From Centroscyllium fabricii (lineage: Eukaryota): 64,000 bases of DNA. A program made the translations under genes and the position numbers. The stretch lies in assembly GCA_051313645.2 (NCBI GenBank), contig JBNRSN020000002.1:7812001-7876000 (forward strand), given 5' to 3'. The notes below the pieces were generated by a model. The model was given only the letters and a program-made list of their open reading frames with translations, made no database searches and was not told the origin of the DNA. Below, one piece after another: positions 1 through 12,038 of this stretch. Within the stretch, counting starts at the first letter, position 1, and every line of letters begins with the position of its first letter.

Positions 1-700
1 AACGGAGCGGTAGAGGACAATTAACATCTAACTGAGAGGCCGGAGCAGGAACGGGACCCACGATGATGGCGCCGGAGAATGGCTGACGTCTTGCGGGCTC
101 GTGCGTGCCAGGCAGCTTAATGTCCTTGTTGCGCGGTGCGTTCGGGTAGCAGTAAGCGTTTCACTGTCTAGATTGTATTTAGTACATGTGACAATCAATT
201 TAAACTTATGTGGAATGCCACGGGATATCGATGGGCAATATTTGGAAAGGCTTCCAGGTAGCGTGCTTCTAGTAAATGTGTCAACACTTTCTTTCAACAT
301 CACACTTTCCCCAATCACACCTCTATTGTTGTGGAACGGAATATCCTCCAACTCAGACAGCAAAAAAACAATGGATCTGCTGTTTTATACACATATATAT
401 ATATATATATATTTAATTTTTATATAAATGTATTTTCCAAAATGATGCTGAGCTACATCTGTTGCCCATGCCCCAACCGTCTTATTTTAAACAAAAACCC
501 AATTCTACAGAGTTTCACAGCAGCATTCAGTAGTGCTGCCTTTTGGGGATTGTCCAAAGGAAACTATTTAAAAACTTCAATTTAAAAAAGGTTTGCCGGT
601 GGGTGAGTATGCTCAAGGGAGACGTCATATTTCATAAAATATTTGCAAGTCATAAAAATGTCCTTGCACAGCTCTGTTGCTGGCAGTTGGATACAGCTAA

Positions 701-1385
701 AGCCCCGCTTTCACTGAGGGCTACGAATATCCCGAATATCCCGAATCGTCCCGAATCGAAATTCGTGGCGATTCGGCAAAAAATGACAAATTCGTGGTGG
801 ATTCGGGAGGAGCTACGAATCTGGTACGAATTGATTATGAATTATTCGTGCCGAATGTCAAGAATGGTTTAAGAAACAAGTACGAATTCAAAGAATCAGG
901 TAAGAATTTAACGAATAAGGTACGACTCACTTACGAATGTGCCGAATTACTGTACGAATCCACTACGACCGATTCGTACTTGATTCGTACTACATTCGGG
1001 ACATTCGTGCCTGTTTCGTGATGTATTCGGCGTGGGTCCACGAATTTGAGGGAGTCACGAATGCCCAAGAATAGGCCAGAATGCAGAAGAAGCGATTACG
1101 AAGCGGTTACGAACGATAAGAAAGGGTTACGAACGATAAGAAAGGTTCACGAAGTGTTTACGAATCATTCACGAATTGGACATTCGTTAACCCTCCCACG
1201 AAAGCTTTTGACAAGCAAAAACTTTCGTGCCAAATTAACGAAATCACGCGATCTCACGCGAACTGTACGAATGTCTACGAATCAACTACGAATCGTTTAC
1301 GAATTGCAAGAAATATCTAAGAACCGGACAAATTTCAGATTCGGGACGAATCGGGATTTTCGTAGCCTCCAGTGAAAGCGGGGCT
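701..1385. mobile_element. Non-autonomous PIF/Harbinger-type MITE
   Basis: TIR AGCCCCGCTTTCACTG...CAGTGAAAGCGGGGCT with a 3-bp TAA duplication (698-700, 1386-1388). The interior is saturated with TACGAA/TTCGTA motifs and has no transposase. Confidence 0.85.
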
Positions 1386-1534
1386 TAACTAGGTGAGGTC
1401 TTGGCTTCCAAGTTCAGCTTTGTCTTAATCGGCACTCTGGCCTCCGTGCATATTGATCTTTTTCTTTTTAAATTCATTCTTGGGATGTGGACATCGCCGG
1501 TAAGGTCGTCATTTATTGCTCGTCCGTAGTTTTA

Positions 1535-1945
1535 AAGAAAGACTTGCATTTCTGTAGCGCCTTTCATGACCACCGGACGTCCCAAAGCGCTTTACAGCCA
1601 GTGAAGTACTTCCTGAAGTGGAGTCACTGTTGTAATGTGGGAAACGCGGCAGCCAATGTGCGCACAGCAAGCTCCCACAAACAGCAATGTGATAAATGAC
1701 CAGATAATCTGTTTCAGTGATGGGTGATTGATGCATAAAAAATGGCCAGGACACCAGAGAGAACTCCCCCTGCTCTTCTTTGAAATAGTACCATGGGATC
1801 ATTGACGTCCACCTGAGAGGGCAGACGGGGCCTCAGTTTAACGTCATCCAAAAGACGGCACCTCTGACAGTGCGGCGCTCCCTCAGCACTGCACTGGGAG
1901 TGTCAGCCTAGATTTTTGTGCTCCAGTCTCTGGAGTGGGACTTGG
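1535..1945 (-). mobile_element. DeuSINE (SacSINE1-like)
   Basis: Deu-domain-like core (gatcccatggtactatttcaaagaagagcagggg) and L2-type tail (aaggcgctacagaaatgcaagtcttt) on the minus strand. Confidence 0.8.
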
Positions 1946-1957
1946 ATCTACGACCTT

Positions 1958-2216
1958 CCCTGGAGAAGGTGGTGGTGAGCCACCTTCTTGAACCGCTGCA
2001 GTCCATGTGGTGAAGGTGCTCCCACAGTGCTGTAAGGTTGGGAGTCCCAGGATTTTGGCCCAGCGACGATGATAGGATTGGCTTATATGTGCCCCAAGTC
2101 GAGATTGGTGTGTGACTTGGGGGGGAACTTGGAGGTGATGGTGTTCCCATGACCTGCTGCCCTTGTCCTTTTAGGTGGTAGAGATCGCGGGTTTGAGGGT
2201 GCTGTCGAAGAAGCCT
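1958..2216 (-). mobile_element. 3' fragment of a second (non-HER1) CR1/L2-group LINE
   Basis: Same 3' sequence (ctgcagcggttcaagaaggtggctcaccaccacc) as the copies at 21292 and 49276. Confidence 0.7.
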
Positions 2217-2580
2217 AATTCTAAAATTGTCATCAGCTTTCCTATGTAACTCCAAATAATATAAATATTACATAAAAATAAAGACAGAATGTATGACTTT
2301 AAAATGGGGACTGAATTACGTCTACATGGCCTTGTCCAATTACCCAAGTATAATGGTTCTCGTATGGTAGAGATTTTCGAGCTTTAGACTTTACATTTTG
2401 AGTTGGGGTTTAATCATAGATTCTTACAGCACAGAAGGAGGCCATTCAGCCCATCATGCCTGTGGCAGCTCTTTGATAGAGCAATCCAATTAGTTCCACA
2501 CACCCGCCTGCTCTTTCCCCAGAGCCCTGCCATATTCACCCCTTCCAAATATTTATCCAATTCCCCTTTGAAAGTTAATA

Positions 2581-3661
2581 CAGGTTGAACTTCATTGATC
2601 CGGCAGGGTCGGGACCAGGCCCGTGCCAGAATACTGAAAAAACTGAACGAATGAAGCTGTCCCGAGCGCATGCGCGGACCATTCAAAATGGCCGCGTGCA
2701 TGCGCAGAAACATAGAAGATAGGAGCAGGAGTAGGCCATTCGAGCCTGCTCCGCCATTCAACGAGATCATGGCTGATCATCCAAAATCAGTACCCTGTCC
2801 CTGCCCTCTCCCCATACCGCTATCAAGCCTGCACCGACCCATATCCCACCCAATCCCCGTAACTCCACATATCTAATCCACCTAACACTAAGGGTCAATT
2901 TATCCTGGCCAATCAACCTAACCCACACATCTTTGGACTGTGGGAGGAAACCGGAGCACCCGGAGGAAACCCACGCAGACACGGGGAGAATGTGCAAACT
3001 CCACACAGATAGTACCCGAGGCTGGATTTGAACCCGGGTCTCCAGTGCTGTGAGGCAACAGTGCTAACCACTGTGCCACCGTGCCGCCCTATTCAAAACA
3101 TTCAAAATGGCTGCACCACGCGCAGACCAGTGCAGGTGGCCGCAGCGCGCGGGTGGAGGCAGAGCACAGAGCACGGGGTGATTTCCGTGTCGCATAGTAC
3201 AACTCCCCGCAGCTCGCGGGTGGAACAGAGCAGAGTACGGGAGGGGGGTGGGGGGGGCACTCTGCAAGAAGGAGCTCTGTAGCTCGCCGGTAAAGCAGTC
3301 TGTGAGGCCTCAGCGGATTGGAGCACTCAATGGGGACATGCCCCAGAAGGTCAGGCATGGTTGTGGACACGCCCCAGAAGGTCGGGTGCTGCTGAAGCCA
3401 CGCCGTCGGGATACGCCCCGGAAGTTCGGGTGCGGCTAAAGCCACGCCGTCAGGGCCAGTGCGCATTCGGGAAAGGCCCCGGGAGGGAGCCCGGTCCAAC
3501 ACTTCACGGGGCCCGAGCTTCATGTCAGGTACGGGGTTTTTTGTAAAGCGCAGGAAGCGTCGAAGAGCGCCGCTGCGCATGCGCAGGCCAGTCGGGGATA
3601 TCTGTGCCGGACGTCTGAAGCTGCCGGTTTTTCGGGTGCCGGATCAACAAAGTTCAACCTG
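2581..3661. mobile_element. Tigger/pogo-like MITE with a nested HE1 SINE
   Basis: TIR CAGGTTGAACTT..TTGATCCGGCA, flanking TA at 2579-2580 and 3662-3663. It interrupts a CR1 3' fragment. Confidence 0.85.
2706..3089 (-). mobile_element. HE1-like V-SINE
   Basis: tRNA-like head, V-domain (tgtgtggagtttgcacattctccccgtgtctgcgtggg) and HER1/CR1 tail. Confidence 0.9.
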
Positions 3662-3777
3662 TACTGAATCTGCTTGCACCATCCTTTCAGCCAGTGCGTT
3701 CCAGCTCATTAACAACTCGTTTCCTAAAAAGAAGTTCCCATCACACCTCTTTTCCCAATGACCTTAAATCTGTACAA

Positions 3778-4216
3778 TAGCAAAATACTGCAGATGCTGG
3801 AAATCCAAAATAACAACAGAAAATGCTGGAAGAACTCAGCAGGCCAGGCAGCGTCGGTAGAGAGAAATAGAGTCGACGTTTCGGGTTCAGACCCTTTATC
3901 AAAACTAAAGTTGGGGAATGAAACACAAGCAGGAAGGCGCGGGGGGGGGGGGGGGAGAAGGAACAAGGCAAGACAGCACCAAGAGAAAAGACTTAGACGA
4001 GATTCTGTGGACAGGAGACAGTAGTTGATTAGGTGTGAAAAACTCTGGCAGAACAAGAGGCGGCTGCCACGATCGAGAAAAGAAAGGCCAAATAAACATC
4101 AGAAAATGCTGGAAAAACTCAGCAGGATAAAAAGAGGTAAAAATATATAATGGGAGCCGGAGTTATGATCTGAAATTGTTGAACTCGATGTTGAGTCCGG
4201 AGGGCTGTAAAGTGCC
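3778..4216 (-). mobile_element. Penelope-like element 3' fragment with a hammerhead motif
   Basis: 4216-4163 translates GTLQPSGLNIEFNNFRS*, a typical C-terminus of a PLE GIY-YIG ORF. It is followed by pLTR-like sequence with a hammerhead-like motif at 3871-3906. Confidence 0.75.
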
Positions 4217-4251
4217 GGGTTACCGACCCTCCTGCCAGTGGAAACAGTTTC

Positions 4252-4865
4252 TCAATTCAATTCAAGTTTTATTGTCATTGCAGAGTACTAGTACAATACA
4301 ACGAGACGAAGACTCGACGCTCCCGAGAGTAGTGCAAATAAATTACATGCAAATTGCATACAGTAAAGTACATTTTCAGGTGTGCAGGTACCGGAGTTTA
4401 TTTTTAGAGTTCAGGAGGCTGACAGCCCTGCGGAAGAAGCTGTTCTTAAATCTAGTCGTGCGGGTGCCAATTGATCTGTAGCGTCTCCCGGAGGGCAGGG
4501 GGGCGAACAGACTATGGCTGGGGTGTGTGGGGTCTTTAATAATGTTCAGAGACCTCCGTAGGCAGCGTTTGAGGTAGATGCTTTCAATTGATGGTAGCTG
4601 GGTACCGGTGATTCGTTGGGCAGTTTTGACTACCCGCTGCAGGGCCATCCGGTCCGAGATGGTGCAATTTCCATACCAGACTGTGATGCAGCTTGTCAGT
4701 ATGCTTTCGATTGTGCAGCGGTAGAAGTTGGAGAGGATGCCGGATGACAGCCTGGCTTTCTTCAGCTTCCTTAGGAAGTACAGGCGCTGTTGGGCCTTCT
4801 TAACCAGAGAGGAGGTGTTTAGTGACCAGGAGAGATCTTCCGAGATGTGGACCCCGAGGAACTTG
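4252..4865 (-). mobile_element. Rex1/Babar LINE 3' fragment
   Basis: KFLGVHISEDLSW..KKAQQRLYFLRKL..FYRCTIESILT..WYG motifs. Ends in aatgacaataaaacttgaattgaattg. Confidence 0.85.
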
Positions 4866-5356
4866 TTATTTACCCGATCAAAACGCCTCATGATTTTAGG
4901 CACCTAAATTAAATCTCCCTGTAGCCTCTCTACTCCAAGGAGAACAAGCCAAGTTTCTAAAGTCTCTCCACAAAGGAGTAGTCTTTTCAAATTACACTGG
5001 TTCTGTTGAGTGTCAGTTCTTACAATGCTGATACGAAGGATTGCTGCAGTGACCCGTTACCAGCATCACTGACCGACCCGTGAGGGCTAATCGGTTCTTG
5101 GTCATGGTTGAGAGAGGAATTTTGGGACACCGGGAGTGCTCCCTGCTCTGCCTCAAATAGCGCTTTGGAATCTTTGAGGTCCATCTGAACAGGCAAACGG
5201 TGCTGAGGTTCAACATCGCATTCAAAAGACAATGCAGCACTCCCTCCACAGTGCACTGAAGTGCCAGCCTTTTGGTTACGTGCTCAAATCCTGGAATAAA
5301 CTCAAACCCAAAACCTTCCGACTGAGAGGTGGGGCTGCTAACAACAAAGCAAAGCT

Positions 5357-5750
5357 GGGCGGCACGGTGGCGCAGTGGTTAGCACTGCTGTCTCACAGCA
5401 CTGGAGACCCGGGTTCAAATCCGGCCTCGGGTGACTATCTGTGTGGAGTTTGCACATTCTCCCCGTGTCTGCGTGGGTTTCCTCCGGGTGCTCCGGTTTC
5501 CTCCCACAGTCCAAAGATGTGCGGGTTAGGTTGATTGGCCAGGATAAATTGACCCTTAGTGTTAGGGGGATTGAATATGTGGGGTTACGGGGATAGGGTG
5601 GGATATGTGTCGGTGTAGGCTCGAGAGGGATATGGGGAGAGGGCAGGGGCGGGGTGCTGGGTTTGGATGATCAGCCATGATCTCGTTGAATGGCGGAGCA
5701 GGCTCGAAGGGCCAAATGGCCTACTCCTGCTCCTATCTTCTATGTTTCTA
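5357..5750 (+). mobile_element. HE1-like V-SINE, full length
   Basis: Head ggcggcacggtggcgcagtggttagc, V-domain and CR1 tail. Flanked by the duplication taacaacaaagcaaag (5339-5354, 5751-5766). Confidence 0.92.
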
Positions 5751-5766
5751 TAACAACAAAGCAAAG

Positions 5767-7520
5767 GGGAATAAAGAAATGGCAGACCAACTAAATTCAT
5801 ATTTTGGTTCTGTCTTCACAAAGGAGGACACAAGCAACCCCCCTGGGATAGCAGTGAACATAGGGTCTAATGCAAGGGAGGAGCTGACAGAAATCAGTAT
5901 TTCTAGGGAGATGGTTTTGGGGAAGTTGAAGGGATTGAAGGCCGACAAATCCCCAGGGCCTGATAATCTACATCCTAGGGTACTTAAAGAGGTGGCCCTG
6001 GAAATAGCGGGTGCTTTAAGGATCATTTTCCAGAACTCGATAGACTCTGGATCAGTACCCACGGATTGGAGGGTGGCTAATGTTACCCCACTATTTAAAA
6101 AGGGGGGCAGAGAGAAAGCAGGGAATTATAGACCAGTAAGCCTTACATCAGTAGTGGGCAAAATGCTCGAGTCCATTATCAAGGATGTAATCTCGGAGCA
6201 TTTGACAATTAGGGATGAGATCGGACAGAGTCAACATGGATTTACAAAAGGTAAATCATGTTTAACTAATCTATTGGAATTCTTTGAGGAAGTAACTCGT
6301 AAAATAGATGGGGGAGAGCCAGTAGATGTGGTGTACCTTGACTTCCAGAAAGCCTTCGATAAGGTTCCACATAAAAGATTGGCATGTAAAATTGAGCTTC
6401 ATGGGATTGGGGGCAAAGTTTTGATGTGGATAGAGAACTGGTTGGCAGACAGAAAACAGAGAGTTGGAATTAACGGCTCGTTTTCTGAGTGGCAGCCGGT
6501 GACTAGTGGAGTCTGTCCTGGGACCCCAGCTGTTTACAATATATATTAATGATCTGGATCAGGGAATTGAATGTAATATCTCCAAATTCGCGGATGACAC
6601 CAAACTTGGAGGGGGGGGCGGGCTCTGAAGAGGGTGTCAGGAAGTTACAGGGCGATTTGGATAAGTTGGGGGACTGGGCAGATAGATGGCAGATGCACTA
6701 TAATGTGGATAAATGTGAGGTTATCCACTTTGGGGGCAAAAACAGGAGGGTAGATTATTACTTAAATGGCAATAGATTGGGAGATGGGGAGGTGCAAAGA
6801 GACCTGGGTGTTCTTGTGCACCAGTCGCTGAAGGCGAGCACGCAGGTGCAGCAGGCAGTTAGGAAGGCAAATGGTATGTTGGCCTTCATATCAAGAGGGT
6901 TCGAGTATAGGAATAAGGATACCTTACTACAGCTGTACAAGGCACTGGTGAGACCACACCTCGAGTATTGTGTACAGTTCTGGTCACCTCGCCTGAGAAA
7001 GGATGTTCTTGCCATGGAGGGAGTGCAGCGGCGTTTCACCAGGCTGATTCCTGGAATGGCAGGAATGACCTACGAGGAGAGATTATGTAGTCTGGGCTTG
7101 TACTCGTTGGAGTTTAGAAGATTGAGAGGCGATCTCATTGAGACGTATAAAATTCTGAAGGGTCTGGACCGGTTAGATTCAGAGAGAATGATTCCAATGG
7201 TGGGGGAGTCCAGAACCAGGGGCCACGGTCTAAGAATAAGGGGTAAACCATTTAGGACAGACATGAGGAAGAATTTCTTCACTCAGAGAGTGGTGGGCCT
7301 GTGGAATTCCTTGCCACAGAGGGCGGTGGAGGCCAGTTCATTAAATATATTCAAGAGGGAATTGGATATATTTCTTCAAGCTAAAGGGATTAAAGGTTAC
7401 GGAGAAAAGGCGGGGACGGGGTACTAGCTTACTAAAGATCAGCCATGATCTCATTGAATGGTGGAGCAGGCTCGAAGGGCTGAATGGCCTACTCCTGCTC
7501 CTATCTTCTATGATTCTATG
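5767..7520 (+). mobile_element. CR1/HER1 LINE, 5'-truncated, frameshifted RT
   Basis: ORFs 5677-6549 and 6549-7427 carry KSPGPD, YRPVSLTS, QHGF, LDFQKAFDKV and HLEYCVQFW. The tail is shared with HE1. Confidence 0.92.
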
Positions 7521-7602
7521 AAAGCTGACTCTTAAATCGTGGTCACCTCCAAGGCTATTTTGACTTGCAGCTCAGTGGGAACAAAAGCACCCTCACTCCA
7601 TG

Positions 7603-8028
7603 GTGTCAGCCGTGGCTCAGTCGGTAGCACCCTCGCCTCTGAGTCAGAAGGTTGTGGGTTCAATTCCCACGCCAAAGACTTGAGCACAAATATCTGGGTT
7701 GACGCTCCAGTGCAGTACTGAGAGAGTGCTGCACTGTCGGAGGTGCCGCCTCTCAGGTGGACGTAAAATACCCATGGCACTATTTCGAAGAACAGCAAGG
7801 AAGTTCTCTCCAGTGTCCTGGCCAATATTTATGCCTCAATCAACATCACGTAAACAGATTATCTGGTCATGATCACATTGCTGTTTGTGGGAGCTTGCTG
7901 TGCGCAAACTGGCTGCTGCGTTTCCTCCATTACAACAGTGACTTCAAAAAGTGCTTCATTGGCTGTAAAGTGCTTTGGGACAACCGCTGGACATGAAAGG
8001 TGCTGTATAAATGCAAGTCTTTCTTTTT
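7603..8028 (+). mobile_element. DeuSINE (SacSINE1-like)
   Basis: tRNA-like head gtcagccgtggctcagtcggtagcac, Deu core and L2-type tail. Confidence 0.85.
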
Positions 8029-8529
8029 CATGGTAAACTCAGCATAATCTGCACGTTACCGATTGGTTTGCAGAGACTGCACGGATACGGTACTGAACCG
8101 TAACCGGTTTATGACTCTGACCTTTGAGCCAGCTGCGAATGCCGTAAGGCAGAGGCTGTCCACTGGGACTCAAGTTAAATCCAAACCCTTTTACGCTCTG
8201 ATACCGACCAGGTTTCTGTGGATCAGACTTGCCACAAAACATCTTGCGTACCTGTGCAGAAATTGGTTTCCAGCTTCTGGCTGGAACAGATTCCAGAACC
8301 TCACGCACGGAACAATTACAACGCCGACTTTTTTCCAGTCACTCGGGCAATTTGGAGGGGTGGGGGGGCCGGGAAGTTTGATTTTTTTTAAACTTCACTC
8401 GGTCGGTCGGTTCTCGTCCCCTTCCCCTCCCTGAAAATAAAAGACACTCTACAACTGAACAATGCGCTTTCGTTTCTGGCTACACCAAGTCAAACAAAGA
8501 CACAGAGAACAGTTCTAATGAAAGACTTG

Positions 8530-9301
8530 GGGGGGAAAAATTGGGCTGCGCCCCGTTTGGGGCCCTAACCTCGGCGGGGCGCTACTTTTAGTGCCACGAA
8601 AAAGTTAGCGCTGTTCCTCCTGAAGTTGGGTTTTAGCACCCCAAGTAGGAGGGGGGGGGGCGCTACTGCAGGCGCCCCACCTCGTTCTTTAGACGCTACC
8701 ACTCAATTTCCGGCGTTGTGGGTCGCTGCGCCATGCTATATAGAGTGCCGCGCCGCGGTACTGCAGGCCTTCCTCCCCTGATTAAAGGGGAGTGGCCTAG
8801 CGCGGCTCGGACCAGAGCCCCACTGGACCGCCGGGGGTCGGAGTGCCGCCAAAGGAGCCCGGCACTGGAGGGAAGTGCCAGGCTCACGCACCACAGTTAA
8901 CACTCCATGGGGGAGGGGGACATCGGGGAAAGCCGGGGACGGCAGAGGGGGCAGGTGCTGGCAGTCGGCCAGCAAGAAAAATGGCCGCCCGGCACCTCCC
9001 CCGCCTTTAAATAGCGCTGGCCCGGCTGCAAGTACGCACCCCTGACCCTGTCGGTGACAGCGTCCGGCGGTACGGCAGCGGGCGTGACTGAAGTTCGCGG
9101 CTGGGGTGCAAGCGGGGCGCTGCACACAACGATGATGTCATCGCCGGCAGCGCAGCGCCACGGGGCGCTACCAGTTACCGCCCCCGCCAGCGCCCCGCTG
9201 AATATCGTGGGAAGCACCAGCCCAGGCGCTGAGTGCCTTGCGCCCCATTAGCAGCCCTCTTAGGGCGCTAACGGAAGGCGCAAACAACCAAATTTTTCCC
9301 C
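8530..9301. mobile_element. GC-rich MITE, probably Harbinger-type
   Basis: TIR GGGGAAAAATT(T)GG...CCAAATTTTTCCCC with a TTG 3-bp duplication. A related shorter inverted copy lies at 57241-57518. Confidence 0.65.
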
Positions 9302-10059
9302 TTGGAGTATACAAACGAGGCTGCAATCACTGGTGCAGGAAAAAGGTTGAGGGGTGAAATTAGAAAGATTCAGCAGGATCGAAGGGACGAACAGGATGCA
9401 TTTATGTAACCCCTTGTCACGTCGCTCAGATCCATCGCAAAGTGCCCCGCACACAACAATTTACTTTGAAAAGAAAGAAAGACTTGCATTTATATAATGC
9501 CTTTCACGACCACCCGACGTTACAGCCAGTGAAATACTTTTTCGCTCTCTGGAGGGAGACGTGAACCCACAACCTTCTGACTCAGAGGCGAGAGTGCTGC
9601 CCACTGAGCCACGGCTGACAGGTAGTCACAAAAAGCGGCAGCTACTTTGCGTACAGAGAAATGCCACAGAAATGAGACGAATGAATGGCCGGTTAAATCT
9701 GCCCTTGCTGGTGCTGACTGGCCGAGTGCCAACTGGCTCCTCATTTGAAAAGCAAGTCATTGGGCGTGAAATGCTTCAGTACACACTGGGGACGTGCTAA
9801 GGCACTACATAAATGCAGGCTTTTTTCTATTTCAAGTCTGAATCCCTGTTGGCCATTGAGTGAAATCCTTAATAACAATGCTGGAAAAACTCAGCAGGCC
9901 AGGCGGCATCGGTGGAGAGAAATATAGCAGAACTTCTTCAAGGTAGGCATTCCTAGAAGAAGTGAAATCCTTGTTCCTTTTTCAATACTGCCATGGGATC
10001 TTAAATGCCCCCGAACCACCAGAACTGGCAAAAGGCTAGCACTTTTTTTTTTATTCATT

Positions 10060-10270
10060 GGCTGTCGCTGGCAAGCATTCGTTGTCTATTCCTCGCCATT
10101 AGCTGAGTGGTTTGCTCGGCCATTTCAGAGGGAGGTTAAGAGTCAACCACATTGCTGTGGCTCTGGGGTCACTTATAGGCCCAGACTGGGTAAGGACGGC
10201 AGATTTCCTTCCCTAAAAGACATTAATGAACCAGTTGGGTTTTTACAACAATCTGGTAGTTACACGGTCA
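10060..10270 (-). mobile_element. MetaSINE-like (SlmI-like) SINE fragment
   Basis: Core tggttcattaatgtcttttagggaaggaaatctgccgtccttacc on the minus strand. Related pieces lie at 27650-27920, 46208-46450, 55750-55955 and 62080-62320. Confidence 0.6.
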
Positions 10271-10276
10271 CTGGTA

Positions 10277-10710
10277 CAGGTTGAAGTTCGTTAATCCGGC
10301 ATGGGCGGGACCAGGCCCGTACCGGACAAGTGAAAATCACGAACGATTGAAGTTTCGGCAAGCGCATGCGCAGACCATTCAAAATGGTCGCCACGAAAGG
10401 CCGGCGGCCATTTTCAGTGGTCTGCGCATGCGCTGATCGTTCGGGGCGACCCGGCTCAGGGTGGCTCGCAGCGGCCAGGCTCGGGGAGGCTCGCAGCGGC
10501 CAGGCTCGGGGAGGCTCGCAGCGGCCAGGCTCGGGGAGGCTCGCAGCGGCTAGGCTCGGCCATTGCGAATGATCTGCGCATGTGCAGATCATTCGCTGAA
10601 GCATCGATCGCAGTGGCCATTTTGCGCATGCGCAGGGCAGTCGGGGAAATTATTGCCGGACGTTCGAAGTTGCCGGTTTTTCGGGTGCCGGATTAACGAA
10701 CTTCAACCTG
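10277..10710. mobile_element. Tigger/pogo-like MITE
   Basis: Perfect 25-bp TIR CAGGTTGAAGTTCGTTAATCCGGCA, TA TSD and an internal ~25-bp tandem repeat. Confidence 0.92.
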
Positions 10711-10868
10711 TACGAGTTCTAACCTGCAACCTTCCGCGTCAGAGGCCAAAAAATATTGCCACTGGTCAGGAACAAGGAACCAGAGACTCAGGTTAAGTAA
10801 TAGAAGTGGAGAGAGGGAGGCGATGAGGAATCTTTTCACATGGAGGTTTACAAAGATATGGAATGCAA

Positions 10869-10968
10869 GAGTCTCGATAAAGGGAACTACCCAAAACGTT
10901 GACTCCTATTTCTCTCTTATGGATGTTGCCTAAACTGCTGAGTTTTTCCAGCATTTTCTGTTGTTATT
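10869..10968 (+). mobile_element. Degenerate Penelope-like pLTR fragment
   Basis: gagtc-tcgataa-a-ggg..ccc-aaaa-cgtt-gactc followed by ctgctgagtttttccagcattttctg, as in the other PLE pieces. Confidence 0.55.
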
Positions 10969-11006
10969 ATGGAATGCATTACCCACTTGTGGCTACTGAA
11001 GCCAAG

Positions 11007-11590
11007 TCAATTCAATGCAATTCAAATCAATTCAAATTGCTTTATTGGCATGACAAGATCCATCTTATGTTGCCAAAGCACAGAAAAAGGATATATACAA
11101 TTGAACATACAAACGCAGAACTAGACATACAGTGAATGGATAACTATGCAAACACATACATATATACCCGCATATAGATCTCGTATGCTCTTCTTAGCTT
11201 CAGTGGTTACTGGTTGTCCCTCTGCTTATGGCAAGCTGTGACGTAGTTTGCTGCTAATTTTATACAGTCCCTCTGTTCCCCCAATAGATATGGGAGTTTT
11301 TGGTGGTCGTTCAAATTTTTGAATTCAGGGCATGTTTTTACGAATTTTGGGTAGAAATTTCCCCTTATGTCCTGATAGTTTTCACAGGTGGTGAGGAAAT
11401 GCAGCTCTGTCTCCACCACTCCATGACTGCAGTGGGAGCACAGCCTGTCCTCTCTGGGCAGCCAAGTCTGTCTGTGTCTGCCTTTTTCAAAGGTTAGACT
11501 GTGCTCACTAAGTCTGTACATTGTCAGGGGTTTTCTCAGTTTGCTATCTTTCACCATGGTCAGGTAATCAGCCATGGTGTACTGTCTGTT
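11007..11590 (-). mobile_element. RTE-X-like LINE 3' fragment
   Basis: YRLSEHSL..EKGRHRQTWLPREDRLC..C....ETELHFL..C C-terminal CCHC region. Tail gccaataaagcaatttgaattg. Confidence 0.65.
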
Positions 11591-11592
11591 TA

Positions 11593-11997
11593 GGGGGCGG
11601 CACGGTGGCATAGTGGTTAGCACTGTTGCCTCACAGCACTAGAGACCCGGGTTCAAATCCAGCCTCGGGTACTATCTGTGTGGAGTTTGCACATTCTCCC
11701 CGTGTCTGCGTGGGTTTCCTCTGGGTGCTCCGGTTTCGTCCCACAGTCCAATGATGTGCGGGTTAGGTTGATTGGCCAGGATAAATTGACCCTTAGTGTA
11801 AGGGGGATTAAATATGTGGGGTTACAAGGATATGGTGGGATATGTGTCGGTGCAGGTTCGATAGGGCTCGAGGGATATGGGGACAAGGCAGGGACGGGGT
11901 GCTGGGTTTGGATGATCAGCCATGATCTCATTGAATGGCGGAGCAGGCTCGTAGGGCCGAATGGCCTACTCCTGCTCCTATCTTCTATGTTTCTATG
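11593..11997 (+). mobile_element. HE1-like V-SINE
   Basis: Complete head, V-domain and CR1 tail. Confidence 0.92.
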
Positions 11998-12038
11998 TAA
12001 CAATCACAAAGGTTAAGGAATCAGAAGGAAAAAACCTG

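Noticed and set aside
28-363. 111-aa minus ORF as the next EXOC6B exon
   Set aside because: No recognisable similarity to the expected downstream Sec15 sequence in any frame.
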